64,000 bases of DNA from the NCBI GenBank assembly GCA_029717555.1, contig JAMDHS010000040.1, forward strand, positions 1-64,000, read 5' to 3'. This DNA is from Peribolospora baueri (taxonomy: Eukaryota). The notes under the pieces were generated by a model, which worked only from the letters and a program-made list of their open reading frames with translations, had not been told where the DNA came from and did no database searches. Position 1 is the first letter of the stretch; each line of letters begins with the position of its first letter. Shown here one piece after another: positions 51,467 through 64,000 of the stretch. The position numbers and the translations under genes were made by a program.

Positions 51467-52815
51467 ATGACCACCACCAAGGCTAAGCGCCGCGTCTCCT
51501 TCGAGCCTTCTCCACCGCAACCTTCCTCGTCCGATGACGCGGCGCCCACTCCCTCTGCACCCGACCTCTCCGCCCAACCCTCGAAATCCGCGCTCCGTCC
51601 GGACAGCATCAAGCGCCAGCCGGTGCCCAAGGAGCTCTACACGCACCCCGACCAGCTCCTGAGGAGACTTCGTCTCCGGAATGGGTTCGGGGAGGAGGTG
51701 AATCTGAACAGCGAATTCAGGGACGTCAACGTCGTTGCCTTCTATTTCGGCGCGACATGGGGCGGGGCAGCGGCCCCATTGAAGCAGTTTCACCGCGTGA
51801 GTAGGGGCGAGCTGAGAAGTGGGGAGGGCGTTTTGATGCGAGTGCATCCGCTACCAGGTGACGGTAATGCTGATAGCGGTCAAATGGTCTGGTGTCGCCT
51901 CGTCTTCCTTCCAACGACAGAATTTGGAAGACTTTTGCAGGGAGCACCGACATCGGTTCAAGGTGCGCATCTTCGCTCCTTTGCTCTCCACCCAGTATCT
52001 GTTTTCATCCATCAGGGCTGACGCTGACTCTTGTCTCTAAACGCGATGCGATGGCAGTTGATTTACGTGAGCGTGGATGTGAATGAGGAGTGGTTCAACG
52101 CGGCGACGAAGAACAAGCCCTGGTTGGCGATGGAGTGGAACGATGGGTACGTGGACGAAATGGCAGAATCCTCGACGGGCGTGCAAGCTGAACCAAGTCC
52201 GGATCTGGACGACGGCATCCGCGTAGCTCCTCCCTCCCAGACGAAAACGACACTGATACGCCGTCTCCACCGCCCACGCTGGCGCACAACGAAGACTTCC
52301 TCCTAGGCTCCGAACCGGACCTGGACGCCTCGCTGGCCGCTTCCGACCCCGAAGGGTCGATCTACGTGAGGCCCTTCAGCAGGGTGCACCTAGCCGCCAA
52401 ACTCGACGTGATCGCAGCTCCGACAGTGGTCATCTATCACTCGCCGAGCGGCAAGGTGGTCCAGAATCAAGTGAGGCCGGACATGTTTGCGAGTAGGGAG
52501 AGGAGGGAACAGGCGCTTGACAGGTGGGAGGCCGGGGAGAGGGTGGGATTCAGCTTGGGAGGTGAGTCGCGTGGCGTCGCCGACCGAGCGGATTTCGCAC
52601 AGCCTTCTTCTTCTCTCCTTCCATCTCACTGATCCATGCTGTTCGTCCACGTCGGATTTGGAACAGACATGGTCTCGTCCCGACCGGCAATGTTCATCGT
52701 CATGATCGTCTCCGTTCTCTACGCCCTCCTCGTCCTCGTCGGAGGACCGGAGTACAACGTCCTCGGCCAAATCTTCGAACAGTTTGGAGCTACGATGCTC
52801 GGCGAGGAGCGGTAG
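51467..52815 (+). CDS. thioredoxin-fold (nucleoredoxin-like) protein lacking CxxC, with C-terminal hydrophobic helix
   Basis: VVAFYFGATW, LIYVSVD, PWLAM, KLDVIAAPTVVIY. Last exon AMFIVMIVSVLYALLVLVGG. Confidence 0.7.
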
Positions 52816-53347
52816 CGCCGTCGCGAATGCGCCAGAAGGGGGGGGGGGTGGGGTGGTGTAATAGGGACGGAATTCTAGTTTTCCATGGTATCCACGCGAG
52901 CGTCGCTGTATGGAACACGCCGACGTTGAACTTTGCTGTGACCCTCCGTCGCAGTTTAATTTAGATCATGTTTATTGCGCGACGGCCACGTCGTCCAAGT
53001 CTTCCGACGCTTTTTAGTGACGGCATTCTGGTCGAACTCTAGAACTAGCCAGGGCCGAATTTTGTACACGGAGGACGATTCGAATCGACCTTGTAGTAGA
53101 GCTGCAGCATCGAGCGTGTGTGTACAAAGCAGGCATGAAAAAAAAAAAGTAGGTGATCGTTTCGACGTCCCGGATGTTCTGTCCCCCTGGTCGGGTAAGA
53201 AGAACCGGGGACAGACCAAGATTTTTAACGATGCGGTTTGAGGAGAGCAGAAGACCCGAGGAGATAAGAATGTGTATGTGACAGGGAATGGACTGGCTGC
53301 CTAGAGGCTGGGGAGGTTTGGAACAGGAAGTAGCATGACAGCCCACA

Positions 53348-54098
53348 TCATACTGCCGATTGACGGACACCGGCAAGCCGGTCGGTTGCCTGCCAAGCAA
53401 GAAAAGAAAAGGATCAGTGACCCTCAGTCGCTCTTCATCGTAGACCAGTTTTCTGACAAAGAGAGACGCGAGTGGGACGAGCGGGGAAAGACTCACCCCT
53501 CGGATGTATGGTAAGGTGAGGAAGGTACCGACGATAGGCAATTGTCGCAAGAAAGTCAGGATGACAGGGAAGAAGTCGCTGTAGGATAAAAAAGGCGGGA
53601 ACTATATATATATTGTCACCTGTTCGCCGAACCAAAGCCTCTCGGCGTCAAGACTCACCCGAACAGATTCAAAAACCCAAACGCCTCGACGCACATGCCC
53701 ACGAAGGGCCACTTGAAAAAGACGAGCAAGATGCCACCGAGGAAGCAAACCGTGCCTCTCAGCTTATTCCTGCGTGCAAAAAAGTGGAACGTCTTGGTAG
53801 GACCGATGACCAGCGTGATGCCGGCTAGGAAGAGCACGTTGCCCAGCGCGAGAAGCCCGCCGTCGAAGAACATCAGCACACCGAGGAAGACGAAGAAGAC
53901 CCCAAAAGAGGTCAGGCCTACGCCAATCTCTGGTTAGGGTTGATGTAGATTGGCATGGCACGTTGGCGAGAAGGGAGTGAAAAGCAAGTCTGGCGGAGTA
54001 AGTGGGCAGTTCCCGGGCGGTCCGGACAACAGACGTGACCGTCACGGACCCAGCTATACCAAACGTGCTCGCTCACTCTGCTGATCTGTGAGCCACAT
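53348..54098 (-). CDS. GOT1: Golgi transport protein Got1
   Basis: MWLTDQQK-IGVGLTSFG, MFFDGGLLALGNVLFLAG, FGFLNLFG-DFFPV, LRQLPIVG. Confidence 0.94.
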
Positions 54099-54662
54099 GG
54101 CTGGTTGGGGTAAATTTCGACCGAGGTGTATATGAGACGGGTTGTCGTTCTGCCGGATGAAAGGGGGGGCGAGAGGAAAGCGATCGATTAGGAGAGCGAC
54201 TTGAATATTCATCGTGAGATAGCGGGTTAGCTCACCGAGCCTTTGTAGGTACAAGGGCAGCTCAGCTCGTATAAGTGAGTATAATGGCGTGGAGGAGGCT
54301 GGAGCGGGTGACCTGATGCACGTCCGCGTCGGAGAGCGAAGGATGGACGAGAAGAATGAACCAATCGTCGTGTCGGCGAGCGAACAAACTGTCTGGTCAC
54401 GGCGAAAACGGTCCCAGACGGGGAGGACGTGTTCGCCCAAAGGCCATGCAAAATCGAATCCACTCACCGACGAAGAGTCTTTGTCGTTTGCTATGGGCAC
54501 TGACGTAGTCCACGTTAACAAGACAATATCTGTTCGAGTGGAGTGTGAGAAGACGAATCTGGAGGCTACCAACACCGTCATGTCGCCGCAGCAACAGTGC
54601 TCACGTGGAAGACTCGAGATGTAAGGCCCAGCTTGGGGGGACGGGGCGATGACGGAGACGCC

Positions 54663-54694
<32 letters not shown>

Positions 54695-54850
54695 AAAGGT
54701 TTCAAGGAGGATTCTGGGAAGTTACTTGGGTCCTAGTCTGTCAATATCATCCTCTTTATTCCTACCAAAGCATCCCATTTCCTTACCAGCGTCGAGTCGA
54801 CTTGATCATCAGCATCCACCTGCCGCCAGCGGCCCATCTCCTCGCCAACA

Positions 54851-57652
54851 ATGTCCTCCTTGTCCACCTCCTCCGGCCCACGCCCTCTCAGCATTGCAGA
54901 ACTGGCCGACAAAGGTTCTGAAGTTCCTTTTGATCCTAGACACCCTGTCCGAAGATACCTCACCGGCGCCGACACGCTCCGAAAACAGGCTCAGATCTAT
55001 GAGGACGAGGGAGACTTACAGAGCGCTTTCGTTCAGTTGTGTAAGGCTGCAAAGTGAGGAGTCGGTATTGGTGAATGTCGGCGCTTTCCGGAAGACCAGG
55101 CAGCTCAGCTCACGTTACACCTACTATTTGCTTCTCTTGTCTGTCCCCTTAACTTCGCGCGGTCAGGCTGTTGATCGATATCTTGCCGTACCGGCACCCA
55201 GAGTATCGTACGCTGCCGCCACAAGTGAAGAAGAAAGTCAAGAAGGCGAGCTCCCTTTGATATATCTCATAGGGTTTCAAGTATTGATCCGAGCTCCCTC
55301 ACCATTCCGTGTTATACATACACCAGGACAGCGAAGACATCATCACAGCGCTATCTGCACTCAAACCAATCCTCAACACTCGATACGAAACCTGGTTGGC
55401 CCAGCACGCACCAGGTTCCGCCTCTTCTGAGACGCATAGGCCTGCAGGCCCGCGAAGCAAGTTGGAAAGCGGCACGGGCCCTCGTCGAAGGCTGTCGGTC
55501 CGGAGTTCGAGTCAAGACGGTGGCGGTGGGCCTAGGAGTAGCATTGAGTATGTGCCCTCGCAGGACGAGGATGGGATCTTTTCAGGATGGGATGTGAGGA
55601 ATGTCTTTGGTGGGATTGGAGAAAAAAAGGGAGAGTCCAGGTCTAGGGCGGGGTCTGATCCGCGAAGGTAAGTTTTTTTTTGGATTGTGTGGAGCGAGTA
55701 GTTTCTTTTTTCAACGTGCTCTTCTTATCTCCTCTCCAGGTACATCCCGTATACCCCGCCACCACCGAACGACTTAGCCGATTTGGCCTTCTCTTCTTCC
55801 AAGACTAGACGATTGTCCCCAGCGCCTTCTTCTATGTCTGCAGGCTCCCCTGTCTCCTCGGCTACCGTCACGCTCCAATCTGCGCGGAGAACGCCTAGTG
55901 GCCTCGCCCCTACAACCCCGTCGTCGCCATCGACGTCGAGTGTGACATACGCCTCATCTGCCTTCGAATATCCGACGCTAGCACCCGCAGTTTCTCGACA
56001 TATGAGCTTGCATCAGACTCGACAAGGTTTCGCTCCTCGATCGAGCCCCTCGGCTGCTTATTATCAGATCGGGCAAGGCAATCAAGAGAAAGCCGCTGCA
56101 CCTCAGAAGACAACGAGGGATTACATCACCTCGCGCGATCTTGCGTACGGAGGTATACCGAGCCCAGCCGTGTCGTCAGCATCGCCATCCAAACCTCGTG
56201 CACTCGCTAGCTCGCCTTACGCACGTCCTGGCATACCTTCGGCTTTCTTCCCTCGTCCTTCGCCAGCCACTATCGATTATCGTCCTATACCGTCTTTGCG
56301 ACCTCCCGAAGGCCCGCCGCGGCCTCCGAAGGAGGCGCTTGAAGATGAACCGGAGAAGATTGCCATTGCCATGGATAGTAGACAGGATCCGGACGGGGCA
56401 CAGAAGGTTGAGAGAGATGCGGAGGCACTTGTTGGTGCGCCATGGACGCAGGGTCGTGACGAGCCTATCACCGGTGAGCTAATCCATTTGTGCTGCGTAG
56501 GCCGACTTTCCTTTTCGCTCGCTTTCTTACCCTTCCCTTTCGTCACCGGCGGGCGTCATCAGCATACACCGAATCCGGTTCACCGCTCCGCACTGTCACC
56601 ATCCCTTCACACCTCATCTCCCAGTTTGTATCCATCGCTCATGGCAACACCGTCAATAAACTCGAGACTTGCGCCTTACTGATGGGTAACTTGGTATGTT
56701 TTCGAGCTCTCGTCTATATGCACCGTTATTGGGTGCTCGATTGCCCATCGATCACCAGTCATTAGCTGTTTTGCGCTTCGCCACTTCCTCATCTTCTCTT
56801 TCTCATTTTTACTAATTTCGTTCTGTTTTTGATTTCTCGCGACCAGAAACGCAACGCCTTCACTGTGACCCACCTTCTTGTGCCCAAGCAAACTGCGACA
56901 AGCGATACCTGCACTACCGAAAGAGAGGAAGAGGTGTTTGAGTTTCAGGATCAGCGGGACCTTCTCACGCTTGGCTGGGTGAGTTGCGTGTTGATCGTGC
57001 GTCCTCGTTCTGTCTTAGTTTTCTGTTACAGGATTGCCTATCGTGACGTCGGGAATGGCGGCTGATATAGTCTTGCCTCGTTTTGTTTTGCTTACTCTGT
57101 CTGTCTGTGGTATCTTTGCCTTTCGCTTCCGGGAAACCTGATCGTACAGATTCATACACATCCCACACAATCGTGTTTCATGTCCTCGCTTGACTTGCAC
57201 ACCCACGCTTCTTATCAGCTCATTCTGCCGGAGGTGAGTGAGAAATCAGGCAGTGGGTGGTCCAGGAAAACGAAAGCTCTGACTGCTTGAAACGACCTCC
57301 GTTTCGTCTATTGCTCCCTTTAGGCCATAGCGATTGTATGCGCGCCGAACCAGGACCCGAGGTACGTTTAAAATTGCTTCTCCAACGCTTGCCTTCCCCT
57401 ATCCTGCTATCCTACTCACTTGTCATTATTCTCCGGTTCCTTATCCCTAAATTACCTGTCCTTGATTTTCTCGGCAGCTTTGGCCTTTTCCGCCTGACTG
57501 ACCCGCCAGGCCTGCAAACGATCGCCAAATGCGACGAAGCGGGGCTTTTCCACCCTCACCCGGACTTACCCATCTACACCGATGCCATTCACGGTCACGT
57601 CCATCTCGTTCACGGTGCGCCACTCGAGGTCGCTGACTTGCGAGGCAAGTAG
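54851..57652 (+). CDS. AMSH/STAMBP-like JAMM deubiquitinase
   Basis: N-terminal RPLSIAELA...[12 protein letters not shown] domain. C-terminal [54 protein letters not shown]. Confidence 0.9.
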
Positions 57653-58280
57653 CGGCATCGTGATCTCGTATTGGCCGTAAATGCCATGATGTGTAGCAAG
57701 TCTCTTGAGGCCGTACGCAGATGTTTTGCACCGATTCGCATACTGTGCTCTGTGTGAGAGACTTCTCCGGATCCTTTACCATCGGTCTTGACATTCTCGA
57801 TGACAAGTAGACGTCGGCAACCTCATCTTAGAAATCTAGCCGCCTGGGACCGATGGGGACCCGATAGCCTCCCGAAGGAGCATTTCCACGAGTTGACGGC
57901 GATACTCTGTCTCTTCCATGCAGCCTTCTCGAGCTCAACTCCCCCGTCGTTCCACAATGAACTCAGACGGGGACTCGTAGCACATCCTCACCTGATTACC
58001 TATCGCCACTATCTCCCCCATTTCGGGAAGAAATGATTGACACCAATCTTGGGCGTTGCGGCGGCCGAGCAGAAGAGAGACAAGATCGACCGCCGCCCTA
58101 TCCCTCCTGCGACACCTCAAGCCTTGTGACGGCCCTTCTGAGCCCCCGCAAGGTGTAGAGTGTTAAATAGGTTACATATCGACATATCGTCGCACCTGCC
58201 GAAACGTAACGCCTTCTCGCAACCATCCTTGGCACAGGACAGGCTCACCCGAACGAGTTAACCATCGCCCGAGACAGCCT

Positions 58281-60635
58281 TCATCGCTTCCTCCGGGAAA
58301 CACGACTTCGTGCTCTGCCCGGTCGTCCCTTGCCATTTCCTTTACCCTTGCCCTTGCTTTTCCCAGACCCGTCCACATCGATTCCCTTAGCTCTCAACTT
58401 TTCCAACCTCATCCGCAATCGTTCCGCCTTGTCCTGCTTCCGCATCTGCGTCTTAGACGTCAACGGCCCGAGTTCTCCCCCCTCCCCCTGTTGCCCGTTC
58501 CCCATTCTACTTGGCGTCGTCCCGTCCAGGTGCGCCACGGCATCCGCATTGAGCGTACCGCGATGGAAGTGTCGGGCGACGACTCGGTCGACGTGCTCTT
58601 GCAGGGCCGTTCGTCCCTCCGTTCCCCCTCGCCCTCTCTCAGCACCCCTCGAGCCGTCCTCTCTGACGACGCTCCCATCCTCCCGGTCAAACCGGTACTC
58701 TCCCCAGCCCAGATCCAACTCGCCAGTTCCCGTCCCCCTCATCTTTCCCTCTCTCCATTTGGCAACGAAGAGCCGCGCAGCTGCGTCTAGATCGAGCTGG
58801 CCTCCTTTAAGCACCGCTCCTGGTGCACGTGGGGCCAGAGCGGCGAGGATGGAGGTGATGGAGTTCGTCGGCCCGATTCGAGCAGGTGAGCCAAGCGGGG
58901 ACGTGGTAGCGGCGGATGCGGTTGAAGGTGATGATGAAGAAAGAAGCACAGAGAGGTATGTGGGCTTTGGTGGTTGTAGCTCTAAGTGGACGGGACGGGG
59001 GGTAGTCAACGACGGTAAATGTCCCCGACCGCGGACGTGACCATGAATGTATACGACCTCCACTTACCCTTGATAGGCGTCTTCTCCTGCTCCTGCACCG
59101 ATGACGGCAGCTGGCTATTCGCATCGCCTAGCCGTTCCTTCTCCCATTCTCTGAGCTCGAAGGCGTAGCGAAGGTTGAGTCTGAAGAGCAGGTAGTCCGC
59201 AAGGGATTGGATGTCGAAAAGGGACTCCTTAATTCCAGCTATTATGCCATGCCGTGCCATGCGCCCCAAAGTGTAAGGTAAGCGAAAGTGGATGAGTGAG
59301 GACATGAACGGTTTGGCGCCAATATAGTGTGCATCTCATGCACAGAACAGGAGACGTGGACTCACCTGTCACACCCAAGCGCATCGCTCTCTCTCCGCCC
59401 CAGTCTCCATTGCCCAGGAAAGGGACCATCACCCCAGGCGTGTCGTAGACGTATATACCAGGGTTGTCCGTGTTTACGTGACGTTGGGACGTCCAGAGAA
59501 GTTCGGCTTCGTTTGCCCCAGCAGAATCGCCAGACTCGTCGGTGTTTGATAGGGACGGCGAAGGCGGAGGTGGACGGGTTATTCGGACCGTCCCTGTCAG
59601 CTTCTTCGTTTCACCAGGGTGGGGCGCCGTCGTCGCTGCTTTACCTGTCCGATAAGAAAAAAATGGCAACCGCAGGACAAAAAGGAAAAGCGGTTGATAA
59701 AAGCTCGTCTGAGCAACCAAACACCCCCGACATACTTGCGCACCCTCCCAGGCCACACCAAACTCACCCTTTCCCACGCCGACCCGTCGCAAAGAGTTGA
59801 GAAGGCTGCTCTTGCCGACATTGGGCATGCCAACAATCAAAACCCTCACCGCGTCCTGTGGTGTCGTGGTGTTCCCTTCAATACGTTTCCCTTTTTTCTT
59901 TCTGCCTTTGTTTGCTTTTACTATGCCACGTAGGGGCGCAGAGGAGGACGACGGCGTGACATCCAGTCCCGTGGCGGAGATCTCGGACGGCGATGAACCG
60001 GACTCGGCACGAAGTGGTGACGGACGTGATGCGGCGCTGCGCTGGGAGGCCAAGGCGCGGGCATGCTGTACAGCCCATCGCCAGACACGCTTAACGTCCC
60101 TGTCCGAATGCGTGTTTATAAAGGTGACCGACTGCCTTGCGTGTGCAGCCAAAGCAGTTTGTAATGGCTGATCGCCCCAGAGAGACCGTTTGAGCAAAAA
60201 GGAACACAAGGAAAAGGTGTACCACGTCTCCCGCTCACCTCCTCAATTCTCTTGTCAACAAGGTCTCGCTTTGCATAGACTACGAGCCGCTCCCTCCCCC
60301 GCCCAGGGATTATTCTTCCGCGGTCGTCTGTCCAGCCGGCCTCGTGCAAAGTCTGCTCGAAGACGGGGTTGATGGACGTTAGAGGCAGACGGGCGTCACG
60401 CACTTCGATGACAAGCGAAATATCCGGGAGGAGAGCGCGCATGGATCGAAGGAAAGAGTGCATATGGCCTGCCTCCGGAGGGTTCCAGGACGAAACAGCG
60501 GGTGAACCGATCAGTTAGTTCAGTCGGCCCAAGGTCCGACGATACGGGACGTGATCGCTTACCGGCATACCAGGAGGGTACCCTTCCCGGGAAGAGGAAG
60601 GTCGTCCGGGGAACGAACTTGGCTGGTGGGGTCAT
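58281..60635 (-). CDS. MTG1: mitochondrial circularly permuted GTPase 1
   Basis: SWYAGHM, VIEVRDARLPLTSINP, YAKRDL, IVGMPNVGKSSLLN, VYDTPGV, KWREGKM. Confidence 0.92.
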
Positions 60636-61045
60636 GCTGGATCCCAGACCGACCTCGACGACCCTCGCTTTTGTCTTGGAAGGAGCTCGCTGAGCCTGCT
60701 TGACCCAATGCGTCCACCAATACGAAACGCTGCGGCAATGGGGTCCAACGTGTCGGATCGAGTCGGCCCAGTCACTTTCGCAAGTCGCCCCCGCACCACC
60801 ATCATCCACCACAGACACCACTTTGGACAGTGCAAGTAACCCTGGACCCAACCGCGTCGTTTCGGCTCCTTTCTCAACGCCTCCCAGCTCCGGGCGAACA
60901 TGATCGTCGGATACGACCTCGACCGAATACACCTCGCCTGATTCGCACCCATCCTCTTCCCTGGCCACCGTTCACTTTCTACCGCCCTCAGTCTTTCCTA
61001 CAGTTCCCATTCCCTTGATTTCCTCTCGCCGCCTCCTCGGCAGCC

Positions 61046-63807
61046 ATGTTTGGGGACAACGAGTCGGAGAGCCCTCGGTGAGTGTCAGGAATGGCTGTTC
61101 GTCCCTGCTTGCGGCTCACTTACATCCATATCACCTGCATATGCTCCTTGCCGCAATTGATTAGCATGGCATCTCCTTGGTCGACCCGGGCGCTTTCTTC
61201 CTCCCTGACCTCAAGCATAACAACCTCGCCCTCCCTCTCCGTCCCCTTCCCGTCGCCCTCCTCTTCTCCTCTCGCTTCCGGCCTCGGCTCCTGCTCGCCT
61301 CTTGGCTCTTCCGCCTTTTCAGACAAGGCCTCCGTTGGCCGTATCGCTATAGGTGGCTCCAGCCTTCGAAACGAGTACTTCAAACTCAGTCGGCACGAAC
61401 GTCGAAAGTCGTCCCCTTCGGAGGAGGACGGCCATGAGGACGCGCGCCACCGCCTCCGCAGTGACAGCATAGACTCTTATGCCAGCTGGTCAGACGCCGA
61501 TGCGGTTAGCGACGCGGGGTTTGATACTGTGGGTGGCTTTTCGCTGGACGGATTGGAGGCCGGATTTGGAGTTGTGGATTCCATCGCCTCCCCGAAGATG
61601 CTCGCATCCGACCGGATACGGCACGATCGTCATAGAGGCCTTGCCGCCGAACGCGACCGGGCGGATCAGAGTGACTTCGGTGGGCACCATCACAGGCTGT
61701 CAGTGGCGAGGCAGAGGAGGAGCAGCGAGCAGGGACTGTCACCGGAAGTGGACAGGGCTGGCAACCTGGAGTACAAGGTGTGTCATCCTCGTTCTATCCC
61801 CTCGGCCACTCACGGCGTCATATTCACCCTTCGTTTCTTGTATTTCTGGCACTTTTTGATTGACACTATTTATCGTAGCTCAAGCTTTTACCTTCAACCC
61901 AAGAACGCTTCAACCGTCTCGTGACGCAGCTCAAATGGCGTCTCACCGAGGGCGGGGGGGTGGCCATATACGAGATCGGTGTCTTGGACGATGGCACGCT
62001 CATGGGGCTTTCTCCCGCCGATATGTGTCAGTCGTTGTGCCAGCTCGCTCGCATGGCACGCGAGATCGGAGCAACCGTAGAGGTGCGCCGCGTCATTCAG
62101 GTCAGGAGGGAGACCATAGACGAGGTGGCCAAGGCGCCTGCTAGTAACATCAAAGCCCCCACGGACATGGCGGCGCCTACCGTTGCGGCCAGGTCGAAGG
62201 ATGAACGCGACCCTGACGCAGGAATTATGCGGGTAACAGCTAGTTCCAGGGTGCTCGGGCCGGTCCACATTTCTCCGGACACGACTACCGAGCTCATCTC
62301 GTTGTCGGATGCAGAGGCGAGGTCGTTGCTTTTCGACGCGAGTACATCCCCCGCGTCTGCCGCTCCGTTCAGCATACATCTCGGCCTGCCGACTCCTTGC
62401 GAAGCAGACCGAAGCGACCCTCTAATACAACAAACGGATGGTGAAGACGTTTCGATCTTTTCGCGCTACCTTGCCAGTCGCGAGTCGACGCACACGGATG
62501 ACGGCTTGTCAGACAGCCAACCCCATCCTTCTTCTGACGACGAACTGGGCAATTTCGGCATGGACATAAGTATGGATGTGGGCATATATTCTCCACCAGA
62601 CACGGCAGCCTCAGCAGGTGATACACCCGTGTCCGTATCTCTCTCGATGTCGACGGCCTTCGATCCTTCTCGTTCCGGTGTCACCACCCGGGTATCGCAT
62701 GGCTTTACCTCTCCCAGCGCCCCGACGCCCGACCTCGGCCTCTCTCCAGTCCTCACTCCCACTCCCACTCCTTCTCCAACCCCGGACGCTCGGCTATCAT
62801 CCGTATACGTACCCGCACACGTGCTTGCATCCGACGTCGCCGCTTTGACCGTCTCCGCCAGTACGCGGAAGAGTGTCCCTATCCCCGACGGTGATCTGGG
62901 CGACGAGTGGTCGGAGGAAGCCAGCGGCAGTGTTTTCGGAGAGTACTTTGACGGTTTTGATTGGGAGGGGTACATGGCTTTTACTTTGGGCTCCAGCGGT
63001 AGAGACGGCGTTGAGGGCAAGATGGGGCGTAGGAGCAGGAGGAAAGGCAAGGGGGCTAACAGAAAGTCCACATCCGGTCTGGGAACGGCCATGGGAGCGA
63101 CGTTTGCTCCTGGACTACCGAGCGGCGAACAAGGCAATCGCGAGGAGAGCTCGTTCACCGGCTTCCAGCGACGTTCCCTTGATGGGGATGACGCCAAGGA
63201 CGACGGCCATGGCCGTCTTGCACCTGGACGCCGCCAGGGTAGTGACTCGGATTCTGTCAGACTCTCCCGCCGTGCCGCCTCTCGTCGACGACGCAGGGAC
63301 GCTCAGCGAGGACTTCGGGAGCAGATGGAGGCGCAAGAGCGGGAGAAGGCACATTTGGCTTTGCACGCCTATTTCCGACACCCCACTTCCCTCGATGCTG
63401 GTACACGCGCTCCCGCGGCGGACGAGGCTGACCGGTTCCCAAGGACGGTTGCTCATACCTCTGACAAATTGTCAGCATCGACGTTGTCGGATGAGGTGGC
63501 GGAGGCGGCGAGAAGAGCATTGGAGGATGCGAAGGAGGCCAAAGAGAGGAAAAAGAGAGAGAAGGAGGTGAGGAAGAGGTTGAAGTTAGCCATGGAGTTG
63601 GACGGCTATCTCGGCAGACAAGTTCGAGGGACGACTGGCAGGGAGTCTCAGGCCGTGGAAGCCGGCACGGACACTGGCAGCGACGGTCAAATCCCTTTCC
63701 CAAGCAGGCAGCCCGTCCGGTTGATCGTCGAGGCCTTCGTGATGCGCGATCTAGCGGGAGAGGAGACGTTTCTCGATTTTGGCAGGTTGGATGAGGGCTC
63801 AAGGTGA
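61046..63807 (+). CDS. protein with GTPBP1/GTPBP2-type N-terminal segment and no G domain
   Basis: MFGDNESESPR-MASPW..., PEVDRAGNLEYK-LKL...RLVTQLKWRLTEGGGVAIYEIGVLDDG, then low-complexity sequence. No P-loop seen. Confidence 0.75.
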
Positions 63808-64000
63808 ATGATCGAAGAGATGAGCGGGTGCGGTGGAAAGGCGTCCCGAGACGGAGGCGGAGATGGAGTTGAGCGTACGAGGGGTTCATTGACCTTTCGA
63901 AGTCCTCGAGCACTTGTGACCCATTCCGTCATCACTTGCTGACTGCAGCCCATAAGCGGCAAGAACCCGAGAGTTCTGAGAGTTCACTGAAGCATCCGTC

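Noticed and set aside
53930..53942. Telomere-like GGTTAGGGTTG (possible telomerase RNA template)
   Set aside because: It is the CTAAC branch point and acceptor of the first GOT1 intron on the minus strand.

Overview
Eukaryotic, intron-rich fungal genomic DNA, most likely a basidiomycete (inferred from GTGAGT/GTGCGT donors, CTRAC branch points and gene content). The ORF track mostly shows exon fragments and antisense shadows, so genes were assembled by eye from splice signals and internal boundaries are approximate. About 25 protein-coding loci are present: CSN12/PCID2, APN1, ARP6, a calpain-like protease, three adjacent oxidoreductases, a vWA protein, a SNF2 helicase, OPY2-like, CAB2, an SDR, DUF1748, MRP2, ILV3, SSU72, HOM2, a Cys-less thioredoxin-like protein, GOT1, AMSH, MTG1 and a GTPBP2-N-like protein. 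There are also two tandem intron-containing tRNA-Met genes. The unusual part is roughly 35.6-43.3 kb: a frameshifted kinase relic, a perfect 47-bp inverted repeat with an alternative internal pairing, an effector-like orphan gene, tRNA paralogs whose intron hairpin loops are inverted relative to each other, and a Gfo/Idh/MocA oxidoreductase gene whose middle ~590 bp lies on the opposite strand. No CRISPR array, rRNA or intact transposon was seen.
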